Shown here: piece by piece, positions 23,390 through 36,194 of the stretch
Layout: every line of letters begins with the position of its first letter
Position numbering within the stretch: the stretch's first letter is position 1
Assembly (NCBI RefSeq): GCF_963921235.1
Contig: NC_086126.1
Span: forward strand, 18,662,001 to 18,726,000
Reading direction: 5' to 3'
From: Mobula hypostoma
Taxonomy: Eukaryota
Length of the DNA stretch: 64,000 nucleotides
The notes under the pieces: generated by a model
What the model was told of the DNA's origin: nothing
What the model saw: the letters and a program-made list of their open reading frames with translations, nothing else
The model's database searches: none
Program-made: the position numbers and the translations under genes

Positions 23390-25480
23390 ATGTGTAACTG
23401 AGAACCTCGGGTCCGGGAAATATACCTCAGAAATCTTTTCTACACTCTCCCTAGTTTAACCACGTTTCTTATAACGGTGATAAGAGCTGTATACAAATCG
23501 GCAAGTGTGGCCTCCAGTCATTCATACAAGTGTAATATAATGTCACAACTAATATACTCTATCCCCTGACTAATGAAGGCCAGCATGTTAAACCCCGTTC
23601 TTCACGACCCTGTCTACAAGAGACACAACTTTCGATGAACTGTGTGTGCACTTTACCCCTAAATCTCTCCGGCCCATTCCACTCCCCAATGACCGATCAT
23701 TCATAGTGTAAGTTCTACACTGGTTTGACTTTCCAATATGCAACGCCTCACACTTATCTGTATTGAAATGCATTTGCCACACTTGACCCTCTTCCTTAAA
23801 TGATCACGGTCCCCCTGTAATCTGCGACAACCATCCAAGTAAACTTGAGGGAAGTTATTCCAACTCATTAATGAATCTTTTGTGCACTGGCATTGATCAG
23901 TGAAGGTGATTAGTATGAAAATCATGTTCGTTATCACGGACATATGGCATGAACTGTTGTTTTGATACAGCAGTACAGAGCAATTTCTAAAAAAAACAGT
24001 TAAAATAAGAAATACAGAATAAACTAAATTGTGTAAAAAGAGGATCAGGGAGGGGCGTAAGTCCGAAGATGAGAATAGGAAACCTAAAACCTTGTCCATT
24101 CTTGCCTCTTTTACTCTTCATATATCTGAAAATAAATCTTTTTGTATCTTGTTTATATTATGGGCCACTTACTTTCATAATTCATCTGACTTCTGTATAT
24201 TGTCATTATAGTTGTACTCTATTTTTTAAAGTTTCATAATCCTTTAGCTTCCCATTAAATTTGATGATATTCTTTGCCCTCTCATGTTCTTTTATGCTGC
24301 CTTTGTCTTCTGTTGTTAGTGATGGTTGCCTCATCCTCCCTTTTAAATACTGTTTCTGCTGAGGGATGAACCGATCCTGTGTCTGCCAAATTTCTCCTGG
24401 AGACTGAAACTTTTCATACAAGGTAATATGAGGAAGTTCAAATGCCCAACTACTGTAAGCTTGTTCCCATTACCCCTCTGTTTGATTTACCAATACGTCT
24501 GCTGCACAGTATCTGAGCCTATTGGGAGGCCGGTAGTATAATCCCATCAAAATCATCATTCATCATTTTATTTAAAACCTCTACTTACAAGACCTCATCA
24601 AAACCCCTCTTATTCCTGCAGTGTTGGTCTCCTTAATCAAAGATGCAACATCCCCCACCCATAAGGTAGCTTTTAAATGTTTCCCCTTCACCTTAAACAA
24701 TTACCCTGTAAATTTAGGCTTCCCTACCCTACAAAAAGGGTGCTCACCTACTGATTTTGTAAACCTCTGGATGGTCACCAGACAGCTCCTTACTCTCTCA
24801 GTAGAGAGAAAGAGAGTCCCAGTCTGTCCAAGCTTCTGCTGATAATTAAAATCCTCCAGTGTCTGTAACATCCTCATCAAACTTCCCTCCACACTTGCCA
24901 GCTTCATGACATCTTTCCTGCAACTGGATGACCAGAACTCTGCAAAATACAGTCTGGTCTCACTTTGACTTTTACCGCTGTCATATGGCACCCCAAATCC
25001 TCTACTCAGTTCCCTGATCAATGAAGACAAATAGGCCAAACACCACCTTCACCATCCTGACTACCTGTGTTGTCACTTTCAGTGAATGATGTTTCTGTAT
25101 TTCATGGAACCTCTGTTCTGTAATTATCTCCAACGGACAAGAATTTACTGTGCAGATCCTTCCCTGGTTGAACTTCTCATAATGCAACACCTCACACTTG
25201 TCCACATCAATATCCTTCTGCCATTCTTTGGCCGACTTCCCCAGTTCATCTCGATCCCATTGTAATCTCACACAATCTTCACAGTCCACACTACCACCAA
25301 CATTGCTGTCATCTGCAAACTCACTGTCACTACAATGTCAGAGAAATTGTTAATGTAGATGATAAATGACAGTACCAGCACTGATCCCTGTGGATGTCAC
25401 TGGTCAGAGGCCTCCAACCTGAATAACAAGCTGCCACGACCACCCTCTGTCTCCTTCCATCAAGACAAGTATCTTGTCTG
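23390..25480 (-). mobile_element. Several old CR1 fragments
   Basis: ORFs MWQMHFNTDKCEALHIG and LGKSAKEWQKDIDVDKCEVLH are from the CR1 RT C-terminal region. Confidence 0.75.
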
Positions 25481-25979
25481 GCATCCCCTCTGCTCTAAAT
25501 GTGCAATAGAAAAGAAATAAATATTAAATCAAAATATATCTACTTACAGCCTACATCTCTCAGAAGAGACGAAACCTCAACTCCCCACTCCAATTCTGGC
25601 CCACTCATACAATGACCGCTCTGGTTAAATCGAACTTCTTTTTATTGGTCTTGCCACATTCCGAATTATGGGCAATCAAACATTTCCTTGGGAACTGTGA
25701 CATGCAAAATGTGCCAACTGCTCATGTTCACTTCATTCAAACTTCCTCTCCCTTTACATAATCTGATGACTGTGTGGGACTGTGGCACTCAAAACTGTGG
25801 ACTGCAGGAAACCAAAATACACGCCTGCACTGTTCTACAAGGCCACAAATGATAAAAAAACACTGTATAACAAACACTGGAATTCCCTAACTGAGATGAA
25901 TGGGGAGGCTGGATAATTGAAAAGATTCAAAGAGAAGGAAGATAAATGTTTTGTAAAATCAGGGAAGTGGGATTGACAT

Positions 25980-28220
25980 ACAAGGAAGGCTGATGGCAGA
26001 TCAGCCTTTATATGGAATTGTGGGTGAGGGACTAAGAGAGGACACACTGAAGGTTTCATCCAGTGAGACAATGTGGATAGAGCTCAGGATAAGAGAGGTG
26101 CATTCCCTGATGGGGTTATACCACAGGCCTCCCAAATGCCAGCAGGAGATAAAGGAACAGAAATGTAGCAGGTAATGAAAGATGTAAAAGCAACAGGGTA
26201 GTTGTAGTGGGTGACTAATTTCCCCAATGTTGACTGAGACTCCCTTGGAGTCAGGGGCTCAGATATCACCGAAAATTTTAGAAGAATACTGGGATGTTAC
26301 TTAACATACTAACCTGAGAAGGGGGGTCATAGAAAACATTGTATTGGGAAATGAGCCTGGCCATTGTTAGAAGTTTCATTTTGGGAACAGTAAATAAGGA
26401 CAAGACTGGACCTGGTGGTAATGTGGTCATTTGGGGTACAGTTAATTGCAACTGTCTACATTGAACATGTAAATGATGTTTAAGAGCAATCAGGTCAGAA
26501 TTCAGACAGAACTGCTTCTATGAGGAGGAAAGACAAGGATGGTAAAGTCTGGCAGAGGGGCATAGTGAGAGATGTTATGAATTCAGACTGATATAAAATG
26601 AAGGATAAGGAATATTTCAGAAGTAGAAATTGGAGAAGGCCTCTGGCAACATGAAGCAAGCAAGAGAGAAGTTAGAGAGAATCAGAAGTGTGAAACGGGA
26701 AGAAGAAATAACTTTAGTGAGAAGGGGCACTGCGGAGAGGGTACGACAACACAAGCACAGAGGAGAGAGTTTATGTCTGAAGTGTGCGAGGGACTAAACC
26801 AGAACAGGGGGATGGTGTTCATTCAGCCAGAGATGGTGGTTTACATCGGTACAAATGGACAGGTAGAAAAGGGATGATGTCCCACAGTGAATATAGAGAG
26901 TTAGGGAAGAAGTTATGGAGTAGAACCTGAAAGGTTGTAATCTCCAGTTTACTCCCAGTGCCCTGTGGTGGTAGGGATACAAACAGAAAGTGAGAGCAGA
27001 TGAATGTGTGGCTGAGGAGCTGATACAGCGACAGGGTTTCAGGATTACAGAACATTGGAACCTCTTCTGGTGCTGGGGTGACCTGTACAAGATGGATAGT
27101 TTGCACCTTCACTGGAGGGGGGTCAGTATCATGAGGTTCATTGCTGCTCCCTGTAAGGGTTGAATGAGATTGACAGGGGGATGTGGAACAGAACACCAGT
27201 CACTGAATGGAGAGATTGAAGCTGAGTTAGATGCCAGGCACAGCAATATGTAATGATGGATTTTGAGGCAAATCCACATCTGACCTGGAGTTTGTTTAAA
27301 GACCAGTGCAGTGTTTCAGGCCCAGTTTGTTCCAGTAAGAGGGAGGGTCAAGGATGGCAAGGTTCAGGAACCTTGGATGATGAGACAGGAAGTTAATTTA
27401 ATCAAGGAGGAGGAAGAAGCTTGTAAGTCTTAGGAAGTCTTAGGAGTAAGGCTTAGGAAGCTAGAATCAAACAGGGTGTTTGAGGACTATATTTAAAAAA
27501 CAGGGGAACTCAAGAATGTTCGGAGCGCTGGAAACAGTGATGAAAAATCTCAGGCAAGTAGGATTGAAGATAATCCCATTGCATTCCATACATTCATTGT
27601 GGTGAAAAGGATACCTAGGGCTGCACTTTGGGAGATCCATCATCAAGGGTGTGTGCAGTTAATGGCAGGAACATTAACAGTATTGACAAAGGGAAGGATG
27701 TCGAGGTTCAGAGACATCGGTTCCCTAAAACTGGGAGCACAGGTTGACAGGGAGGTGAAGTCGTGTATGGCATGTTTACCTTCATCAGGCAAGGCATTGA
27801 GTTCAAGCACCAGGACATGATGTTATAGGTTTATAAAATGCTGGTTAGACCACATTGAGAGTACAGTGTTCAGTTCTGATCACCTCATTATAGGAAGCAT
27901 GTGGAGAGTTTGGAGCAGGATGTCTGGAGGAGGTGTGTGCTGAGGAGAGGCTCGACATGCTGAAACTTTTTCTTCTGAAGTGGCGTCGGCTCAGGAGAGA
28001 TTTGACAGAAACCTGAGGGATTTTGTGGGTCATAGTTGGTGTAGACAGCCAGTAGTATTTTTCACAAAAGGGATGTATTTAAGCTCAGAGGAAGAAAGTG
28101 AAGACAACAGATTGATGGAGACATGGAATGCACTGTCAGGGGTGGTGGCAGAGGCAGAGAGCACAGGAGTATTTCAGGAAATCTTAGACAGTCACAGGAA
28201 TATGTTGAGATGGGCCAAAG
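25980..28220 (+). mobile_element. Old CR1 fragments (endonuclease, ORF1 and 3' end)
   Basis: ETMWIELR...LMGLYHRPP (endonuclease), an ORF1-like block at 26850-27240, and a 3' block with RPH(I)EYSVQF.SP-like sequence. Confidence 0.7.
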
Positions 28221-28819
28221 GGCCACTCCTGTACTGTTCTCTGAACAGCAGATGGTCCCTGGGCATGGATCAGTGCATGAGACTGGGATATTATATTTAA
28301 AAGTTAAAGTCTGTCCCGAGCCTTGTGGCCCATCAGGCCGGTGCTTATGCTGGTTTCTGTGGCGTGAAGCGACTGAGAGTACGAGACTCCCCCCCCCCAC
28401 CCCCACCCCACCCCATAGGACGCCAGTCTATCGCCAGGTTAACCCCCAGCATTTGCTCGGACCCATTTTCAGCTGGATGGACTGGAGCAGTGTGTGGTTA
28501 TCTCCAACAGAAAAATGATTGTCACGGTCAGGACCGGCAACTCAGTTTCACAGTACAAATGCTACAGGTACGATGGCGTGGAGGGGAGAGAGACGGAGAG
28601 ATGTGTTTGACCAGAGAGAACATCTCAGTGGTACTTAGAGAAGACATCCCTGGGGATTGCCGCATCATGTTGACTGGGACCGCCGCACTGCAAAAGGGTT
28701 GGTGGAGCAGAATTTATTCTGTGTCCGGTTTTATCCATCAGTGTTTAGAAGTTCCTACTGGAGACAGGACAGCACTGAACATCCTTGTCGATCCACCAAC
28801 CCCTTCCCTTTTCTCCCTG

Positions 28820-28878
28820 GCACAAACAAAAGTCTGTTCTCAGAGCGACCCACCGCCTCACAGAGGGAGCCGTGTCTC
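28820..28878 (+). pseudogene. Orphan, degenerate H4-type 3' end without coding sequence
   Basis: GCACAAACAAAAGTCTGTTCTCAGAGCGACCCACCGCCTCACAGAGGGAGCCGTGTC versus H4 3' flank GCACAAAACAAAGGCTCTTCTAAGAGCCACCCACCGCCTCACAGACGGAGCCGTATC (20117-20173). Confidence 0.85.
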
Positions 28879-29443
28879 GGGAGATCTGACCAAACTGACC
28901 CCTTCTTTGCAAATGTTCATTTATATTTCAGAGACCCAGGTGGACGAGATTTTCAGTAAATACTGTCAGTTCCACAGGGTAAATGTACTTTTGTAGATAC
29001 ATGTAAAGCTGCAAATATTATTGTTCTGTGAGGCGGTGGGAATTGCTCATGAAGCGATCAGCAGGCAGTGTTCCCGTCTGCTGCGCACCGGAACGGTCCA
29101 GGGTCAACCCGCAATATAAAACCCAGACAACGCGGTTTCAGGTCATGAAGAGGTTCAATGATCGGAGATTAAATTCACCCTCCGCGGGCTGACTCTGAAA
29201 GTTCATTTCCCCATCCCGCAAGGGGAGAGAGCTCCATTCAGCCAGCAGAGAGGGGAAATGAGTCAGGGTGAAGCGGACCGCGTACTGTGCAGACTTATAC
29301 CGGTTTAATTCGCGGAATAAACACGACGGAAGGAGAGAAAACGTTACCAGGGGTGGCTCCGGTCGGGGCCGTGACAGATACACAACCCAGTTACTCTGAA
29401 CGGAAATCACCCGCTGCTCAGCCCTTCCACAGACACCGTGAGT

Positions 29444-29459
29444 GGCTCTGAAAAGAGCC
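29444..29459 (-). terminator. Histone 3' stem-loop (H2A)
   Basis: Minus strand AAA-GGCTCTTTTCAGAGCC-ACTCA. Confidence 0.95.
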
Positions 29460-29489
29460 TTTGGGTAAATAGGTTCAGCTTACGTCGCT

Positions 29490-29966
<477 letters not shown>

Positions 29967-30765
29967 TCATTGGTGAAAAGAAATGGCCCAATCGACGAAC
30001 TGTCTTAATCACCAATCAAGAGCCCGTAAAGGTAGAAGCGCGGAAAGTAACCGTCTCCTCCCCAAAGTACACTGGAAAATGGAAAAAGCCCGCCAAAAAA
30101 AAACTATTGTTCAAATTTAATCTGAAATTAAATCATTGCTGATCTGTTTGACGACTGGGTCTTCGCATTTCCCCGTTACTGAAATCGGACACATTTAATG
30201 CAAATGTAGTTAATATTGGAATGTCTGGGAACTCAATTCTCTAATACTGCATCTTTAAATTCGTAAAGGAACCGAGTAAATCTGACACACAGCTTCTGCC
30301 CGGTTCAGGTCATTGTGTAAACGTTATCAGGTTATGGACAAACGGCTCTTCTCAAACTGTCCCCAGCGTCTAGTCTGCAACTAAAAGAAAAGTTGTTCTA
30401 TGAAAGAACCGTGTAGTCGTTCCGGCCTCGCATTGAAATGAGATTCAGAGAAGTTACCTAACTGTAACCAATAAACTCCTGAACCCACAGCTAAAACAGC
30501 AACGGCAGCAATCCTCCGCTCGACATGTATACCGGCAGGGACGGACTGATGGGGATGGGGAGGTAACAATTCCGTTTTAGGAATGATAAACACGGGATTA
30601 TACGGGGAAGATGAACCGGATATTCCAACCGCTCTTTAGCTCTTGTAAAAGTCACCACACATAAAATATGCGCCATGCATTGCCTAAACGTTGGTACAAC
30701 TCTCTCAGTGAAATCGTGAGTGGCTCTTTGTGCCGTTGTGTTTTCGATCATCGCCCTGGGGAGCT

Positions 30766-31140
30766 TTACTTGGAGCTGGTGTACTTGGTCACCGCCTTTG
30801 TCCCTTCGGACACGGCGTGCTTGGCCAGTTCCCCGGGCAGCAGCAGACGCACGGCAGTCTGAATTTCCCGTGAGGTGATGGTTGACCGCTTGTTGTAATG
30901 GGCCAGGCGGGAAGCCTCGCCCCCGATGCGCTCGAAGATATCGCTGACGAATGAGTTCATGATGCTCATGGCCTTGGAGGAGATGCCAGTATCGGGGTGA
31001 ACCTGCTTCATCACTTTGTAGATGTAGATGGAGTAACTCTCCTTCCTCAGCCTCTTGCGCTTCTTCCCTGCTTTGCCTGCTGGTTTGGGCAGAGCTTTCT
31101 TGGCGCCCTTCTTCGGAGCGGGTTTCGCTGTCTCAGGCAT
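30766..31140 (-). CDS. H2B: Histone H2B (copy 1; intact ORF, divergent residues, broken 3' stem-loop)
   Basis: [12 protein letters not shown]...TKYTSSK, 124 aa from ATG 31140. TATTTAA and octamer-like ATTTGCAA lie upstream. Confidence 0.93.
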   Translation of the reverse strand: MPETAKPAPKKGAKKALPKPAGKAGKKRKRLRKESYSIYIYKVMKQVHPDTGISSKAMSIMNSFVSDIFERIGGEASRLAHYNKRSTITSREIQTAVRLLLPGELAKHAVSEGTKAVTKYTSSK

Positions 31141-31802
31141 TTCAGCTGACCGCTTCAGAACCAGAAATAAGCAAATCCCGCCCGGAGCACGAATTAAATA
31201 GGCAGCGCCCAGAGGTGTTTGCAAATGAGGGATGGGATGCCGATGATTCTCAATGGCTATTTGAAGCAAAGATTCACGCAGTAAAATTATTTGATTGGAT
31301 ATCTGAAGAAATTCGTTTAACCAATCAAAACTCCGTCTCCACGAATCCGTGTTCGGTCTGGGTAACACCGTGGACTGGGAACTGTCGCTGATCTGGTGAG
31401 TTGCCGCTGCCGGGTAATTTGGCAGGAAGGAAATCTAAAGTACAAAATGGACCAACTACAGCGGCAGTATTCGGCCATTTGGCCCATCGTTTCTGCTAGA
31501 AAAGCAGATGGAATGAGAAAAACACACAGTTGATAATATCAGACGTTGATGTAATGAAACAGGACAGCAGGAGACCGAAGGTCAAATGGACCAGGTAAAA
31601 GATAAATTTACTGCAGCAGCATCATAAACACATGGTATCCACGATACAGCGCTCACAAGAACTAAACGAACAGAATTGTAAAAAGAGAAGAGAATGTGAA
31701 TATCAAGACAGTCCATTGCAGTGTAAATTGATCAAAGTGGTGCTGTCCTGAGATGGAGAGGAGCGTTGTTCGGGTTTGTTAAAGTACGTAATGTCTGTAC
31801 TT

Positions 31803-32088
31803 GTACAGCGTGAGCGTCTGGGTTTCGTTCTGTACCTGTCAGTCTCCGGTACAGTGTGAGAGTGTGGGGTTCATTCTGTACCTGTCAGTCTCCGGTACAG
31901 TGTGAGAGTGTGGGGTTCATTCTGTACCTGTCAATCTCTGGTACAGTGTGAGAGTGTGGGGTTCATTCTGTACCTGTCAGTCTCCGGTACAGTGTGGGAT
32001 TGTGGGGTTCATTCTGTACCTGTCAGTCTCCGGTACAGTGTGAGAGTGTGGGGTTCATTCTGTACCTGTCAGTCTCCCGTACAGTGTG
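31803..32088 (+). repeat. 46-bp minisatellite, ~6 copies, with internal hairpin
   Basis: Unit GTGTGAGAGTGTGGGGTTCATTCTGTACCTGTCAGTCTCCGGTACA. TGTACCTGTC recurs at 31831, 31877, 31923, 31969, 32015 and 32061. Confidence 0.96.
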
Positions 32089-32204
32089 GTAGTTGATACT
32101 TGGCACTGTGTCTCCCGGTCTCTCATGCAGTGTAAATGTATGTAAGTTCTTTCAGATTCATCCTCACAATTGAATTCTTTTTAGCTTTTTAAACAATATC
32201 ATAC

Positions 32205-32652
32205 AATGCGATGTGGCCACACATTTGTTGGAGGAACAACACCTTATGGGTAGCTTCCAACCTGATGGCATGAACATCGAACTCTCGCATTTCTGGTAAT
32301 GCCTCCCACTGCCCCCCTCCCCTTCACCATTTCCCATCATCTTACCCACCCACCATCTCCCTCTGGTGTTCCTCCTCCCTTTTCTTTCTTCCATGGCTTC
32401 CTGTCTCTTTCACTTATCCCAGCTCTTTACTTCATCCGTCCCCTTACAGGTTTCACTCACCTTATTTTTCTCACCCCTACCCCAACTTTTAAATCTACTC
32501 CTCACATTTTCTCCTTAAGTCCTGCCGAAGGGTTTTGGCCCAAAACATTGGCTGTGTTTTTTTCTATAGATGCTGCCTGACCTGCTGAGTTTGTTCAGTA
32601 TTTGTGTGTGTGGCTTGGATTTCCAGCATCTGCAGATTTTCTCTTGTTTGTG
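32205..32652 (+). mobile_element. Penelope-like element 3' fragment
   Basis: TTGGAGGAACAACACCTT...CAACCTGATGGCATGAACATCG (LEEQHL..QPDGMNI), pyrimidine-rich tail, decayed hammerhead and common terminus. Confidence 0.85.
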
Positions 32653-33139
32653 ACACAATGCTGTACATCGGTATATCAGGGATGATGTATCTGGTTACAT
32701 TGTACTAATCTGGATGGACTTTGGAGCACAGCATCCAGAGTAACAAGTCCAGACCATTCAACCCAACTCTGGTCTTGTGATAAATGTGTCACTTTCCTCG
32801 AGTCTCTGCATGGGAGGGTTTGAATGGTGTGTATCGTGGAGCGACATTCGAGCTGATGGAATTGAGAATGATTTTGACTGTAGATATGTAACCAGTGTGT
32901 CCACAGTGATCAGTGATGGGACCTCTGTTTGATCAGATCATATCACACATGGGCTGATCAGATCGCTGATGACACGAATGTTGGTGTAGTTGTGGATGGT
33001 GAGGAAAGTTTTCAAACAGACAGAATTCCAACTGATCTATATCCACTTCTGTCTGATACACTGAGGGATCTTGACGTGTTTGTCCGTATCATACTGCAAG
33101 TGCCATTGAAAGGAAATAAACTGCTATGAAGATCACAGA

Positions 33140-33880
33140 GTCAAGTCAAGTCAAGTCAAATCAAGTTGCTTTTTATTGTCATTTCAATCATACACTGCTG
33201 GTACAGTACACAGTAAAAACGAAACAGTATTCCTCCAGGACCATGGTGCTACATGAAGCAACACAAAACTAGACTAGACTAAGTGAGAGAACACAAGGCT
33301 ACACTAGACTATGTAAAACAACACAAAAACTACACTTGACTACAGACCTGCACAGAACTACATAAAGAGCACAAAACAGTGCAGGGCAGTACAATAAATA
33401 ATAAACAAGACAACAGGCACAGTAGAGGACAAATTACAATATAATAACAAATGATGTAGATGTCAATCTAGACTCTGTGTATTAAGGAGCCTGATGGCTT
33501 GGGGGAAGAAACTGTTGCCCAGTGAGAGCCCAAATGCGTTGGTACCTTTTGCCAGATGGCAGGAGAGAGAAGAGTTTGTATGAGAGGTGCGTGGGGTCCT
33601 TCACAATGCTGTTGGCTTTATGGGTGCAGCGTGTGGTGTAAATGTCTGTAATGATGGGAAGAGAGACCCCGATGATCTTCTCAGCTGATCTCACCTCACT
33701 ATCCATTGCAGGGTCTTGCGATCCGAGACGGTACAATTCCGGAATCAGGAAGTGATGCAGCTGCTCAGGATGCTCTCGATACCTCCTCTGTGGAATGTGG
33801 TGAGGATGGGGGGTGGCAGATGGGCTTTTCTCAGCTGTTGCAGAAAGCAGAGACGCTGCTGGGCTTTCTTGGCTATGGAG
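33140..33880 (-). mobile_element. Rex1/Babar-like LINE 3' fragment
   Basis: ORF 33482-33736 ([11 protein letters not shown]...[20 protein letters not shown]) and a (TCAAG)n tail at 33140-33165. Confidence 0.8.
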
Positions 33881-34550
33881 TGGATTCAGTTGTTGGGGGG
33901 GGTGTCAGTGCAGAGTAATGTAATGGGTGGAAAAGTGCATAATTAACGACCACTGACATTGAGTTGTGTTTCTCTTTAAGAAGCTGGACTGATGTTACGA
34001 TGGAAGTACATGGTTGTTTTTTAAACTGTGTTTTACGTTTCTGTATTTGGAGGACAATTAATGAGTTGTTATGGTTTTCCTGAAACAGAAAATGCCTCAT
34101 GCCATTTTATTTTTAATAGCCTCCACACCACAAGAATACTGCAGTGTCAATCTGCACCCAGAAAGCCTGATCACATTCTCCTGAGGTTCAATGGCATTGC
34201 TGACTCTGAGTTTACCGCCGTCGAATGTCAGCAGGGTCACAATCAGCAGAAACTCTCACAAAGCAGCTCTGTTTGTATTGTGTGCTGAGTAGGTCTGTGG
34301 GAGATACCCAGAATGTGAAGCTATAGTTATGGAGAGAGATACAAGTCACAGCTTGATGGGCAGAGAGGAAAACAGAGAATTTGATGTTGTGTCCTTATGC
34401 CTGAACCATGCCCAGTTAGAAGTGTTGATCCTCCGGACAGTGTTCAGCCTCACTGTAACAGTGTAACATCAGACATCAACATGAAAACTAAAATAATCTC
34501 ACTGAGATATATTCTCTTTCACCTGTTGATCTTCTTTGCAAACATTTTAC

Positions 34551-35306
34551 AGGGCAGAAAAGGCAAAGAATTTCTGTCTGAGAATCTCAAATGCAACAGT
34601 GTGTCATTTCTGCTGTGTCTGTCAGTTCCCCAGCATTTGAATGCGACCAATCACTGAATATGAAGGGGGAGATGGTTGAGAAGACAGCACACCAGAGTCC
34701 CAATATGTGGACTTCTCCGTGGACTGACCTGATAAATGGCCATAGAGTTGATACCAGTGAGTTGACGTTCACTACCACTCAGTTTGGAAGGGATTCATTA
34801 GATCAGGGCACTGCACCTGCAGATACACCAGCAAGTTCACATGGGGAGAGGCCACTCACCTGCTCCGTGTGTGGGACGGGATTAATTCAGTCCCATGAGC
34901 TCTTACAACACCAGCCAGTTCACACCGGTGAGCAGCTAGACTTGGCTCTGTTGTCTCTGTCTCTCAGTATAGCTTCACACCTGTTCCAGTGTGGGAGGAG
35001 ATTCATTCAGTTCACCCACCGTGTGAGGCTCCAGTGAGTTTACAATTCATAGAGGACACACTTCTGTCCTGAGTCAGCAAAGAAATTTACTCAAGTCATC
35101 CCACCTGCTGAAAGACCAGCAACTTCACATCAGGGAGGAAGTTAAAATAAGCTCTATATGGGACTGTTAATGTCAGATTCCACAGATATTGTGGCTGCTC
35201 ATCAGATCCAGGACTGAACCCTGGTCACTGAGCATTGAGGGGGTTCATCCCACCATCTTAAAATACACTGGTGTTCAATATTGTGGATCTGCCATAGACA
35301 AATAAA
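34551..35306 (+). pseudogene. Decayed C2H2 zinc-finger gene terminal exon
   Basis: Acceptor TTTTACAG at 34543-34550; HGERPLTCSVCGTGLIQSHELLQHQPVHTGE and further broken fingers (FQCGRRFIQFTH); AATAAA 35301-35306. Confidence 0.75.
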
Positions 35307-36194
35307 TCAATTCCATTTCAAATCCTGTGTCTCAGGTGCTTCCTCCCTGTCACACGGCTAATGAACAGTCCAGAGGCCACTCAGTCCAGCTGGTACCTGC
35401 TTGTGTTCCTATTCCACACCAGAGCTTTCAAACCCATCCCTGCTGTTCACCACTCACTCACCCTATAATGTTCAGGATGTAACTGGTCACCTGTCTGGGG
35501 ATGAAGAAGATTACCTTGAATTCACTCCATGAATGACTTTCTGTAAACTGCAGAGGATTAATTTACTGGGGTTTTCTCCCAAATATTCCTCATCCCTCAC
35601 GGCTCTGGACCAAGGATGAAGTCTTGTGTGGTTAAAATCTTCCTGTCCTGCTCGATTCATTGTTTTATGTCATTTTCACTGATTTCGAAGAGCTGTGCCT
35701 CACACTGCCAGGCTGTTGCAATACAACATTCTCCTCTAAAGTACGACAGCAGAATGGTGGAGCAGAAACAAGAGGGGTCAGCACAAATGAGGGCTTTGGG
35801 GCTCCAGATGTGATGGAGGCTCGAGTTTACGTGGAGGAGGAGGAGGGAATCAGACCAGGAGGATGAGGCTGCAAATGAAAGTTTAGGGACATTTGGAAAC
35901 TGATTGACTGAAAAAAGGTTTATGTTTGCAAAATGCTGGAGGGAGTCAGTGGCTCCGGCAGCATCTATGGAGAGGAATAAATAGTTGATATTATGGGCCA
36001 AGACACTTCATCCTATCTAGACTGTGTACTTGTCTGTTTAGTTGCTGCCTGACCTGCTGAGTTCCCACAGTACTTTGTGTGTGTCACTTTACAGTTTACT
36101 CCCAGCACCTGCTGAACCTCGAGTTTCATATCTGCATTTCAAAGTGAGTGGGACTTTGACAGTTGTCACACAAAATGCCTGTTGACATTGGGTA

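Noticed and set aside
28325-28996. 223-aa ORF
   Set aside because: Non-ATG start, no recognisable domain, and it crosses CR1 debris and the orphan H4 3' end.
31141-31368. 76-aa N-terminal extension of H2B (200-aa ORF); similar short extensions on H2A and H2B copy 2
   Set aside because: The long extension starts at a non-ATG codon and runs through the TATA/octamer promoter. The H2A extension begins right at its TATA box and the copy 2 extension starts at a GTG. The canonical ATGs are 31140, 29873 and 39738.
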